DNA of 64,000 bases, taken from positions 1,248,001-1,312,000 of the forward strand of contig CAXXWS020000002.1 of the NCBI GenBank assembly GCA_963665325.3, read 5' to 3'. The DNA is from Alphaproteobacteria bacterium (lineage in GTDB: Bacteria > Pseudomonadota > Alphaproteobacteria > Bin95). Shown here piece after piece: positions 63,348 through 64,000 of this stretch; the first letter of the stretch is position 1, and every line of letters begins with the position of its first letter. Made by a program: the position numbers and the translations under genes. Under the pieces are notes generated by a model. That model saw only the letters and a list, made by a program, of their open reading frames with translations, was not told the origin of the DNA and did no database searches.

Positions 63348-64000
63348 CGCTCAGAAAGCCGCTCGACCATCCGAGCGTCTGGCGGCGCGACGACATGGCC
63401 GGGCGGGACGACTGGATTCGTGTCTTCTCGGATGAGGAACTGGAGGAGATTCGCGCCGCGCTCCCGCGCCGCTTCGGCGCGCCGGGCTTCGGCAAGGCGG
63501 ACTTCCCGCTGCCGGTGCTGGGTCCGCGTCTCGTGGAGATGGTGGACGAGCTGGAGAACGGGCGCGGCTTCGTGGTGATGCGCGGCCTCGACCGGCTGGG
63601 GCTCGATCCGCAGGGCCTCCGCGATGTCTATTGGGGCCTTGCCCGGCATATGGGGCGGACGATCTCGCAGAACTCGACCGGCGCGCTCATTGGCGAAGTG
63701 TTCGATCGGGGCCTCGACTACGACGACAACAATGTGCGCGGCCACACGACCAATGCGGAGATCGGACCGCATTGCGACACGGCGGATATCGTCGGTCTGC
63801 TTTGCGTCCATCCGGCGGAAGAGGGCGGAGAGAGCCTGATTGCCTCATCGGGGGCGATCTACAACGAGATTCTCGCCACCGCGCCGCATCTGGTCGAGGC
63901 GCTGGCGGCCGGCTTCCGCATCGACCTTGCAGGCAAGGGGCCGACAGGGGCGGCCGACGAGGTGACGCGCTCGCGCATCCCCATCTACTCCTGGTACGAG
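63344..64000 (+). CDS. TauD/TfdA family Fe(II)/2-oxoglutarate dioxygenase, 3'-truncated
   Basis: Not in the ORF track because it runs off the end. ATGA overlap with the CoA transferase. FPLPVL..ELENGRGF..SQN..PHCDTADIVGLLC..GGES (HxD motif). Confidence 0.88.
   Translation, partial: MTLRKPLDHPSVWRRDDMAGRDDWIRVFSDEELEEIRAALPRRFGAPGFGKADFPLPVLGPRLVEMVDELENGRGFVVMRGLDRLGLDPQGLRDVYWGLARHMGRTISQNSTGALIGEVFDRGLDYDDNNVRGHTTNAEIGPHCDTADIVGLLCVHPAEEGGESLIASSGAIYNEILATAPHLVEALAAGFRIDLAGKGPTGAADEVTRSRIPIYSWYE

Overview
High-GC alphaproteobacterial chromosome segment. The pcm-tolC-popZ-valS block, serC-serA-hisZ-purA and CTTGAC-N17-CTAnAn promoters support this assignment; the exact lineage cannot be determined here. 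It holds housekeeping genes (parE, trpE, ppiD, serC, serA, hisZ, purA, rpmB, proC, valS), a complete respiratory nitrate reductase cluster (narK1-narK2-narGHJI-parvulin) with an FNR-type promoter, and many catabolic genes (3 amidases, 2 orphan XDH/CoxL-like Mo subunits, SDRs, an enolase-family enzyme, a CoA ligase, a CoA transferase, a TauD-family dioxygenase). The most notable signals are non-coding. (1) An IS1111-type IS110 element sits at a CG core inside a REP palindrome, inside a TA-flanked MITE. Its 3' non-coding region has a stem-loop with two 7-nt segments matching the two halves of its target, as in a bridge/seekRNA, and empty target sites are present in the window. (2) Two diverged copies of an unannotated ~400-bp element combine a sigma70-like promoter, conserved blocks and 10-bp-phased CATGACA repeats, each upstream of a catabolic gene. 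(3) Two MITE families are inserted at the overlapping stop codons of convergent genes. (4) There are remnants of an MmeI-like restriction-modification gene and of a toxin-antitoxin pair. All calls come from reading the sequence; no database searches or folding programs were run.
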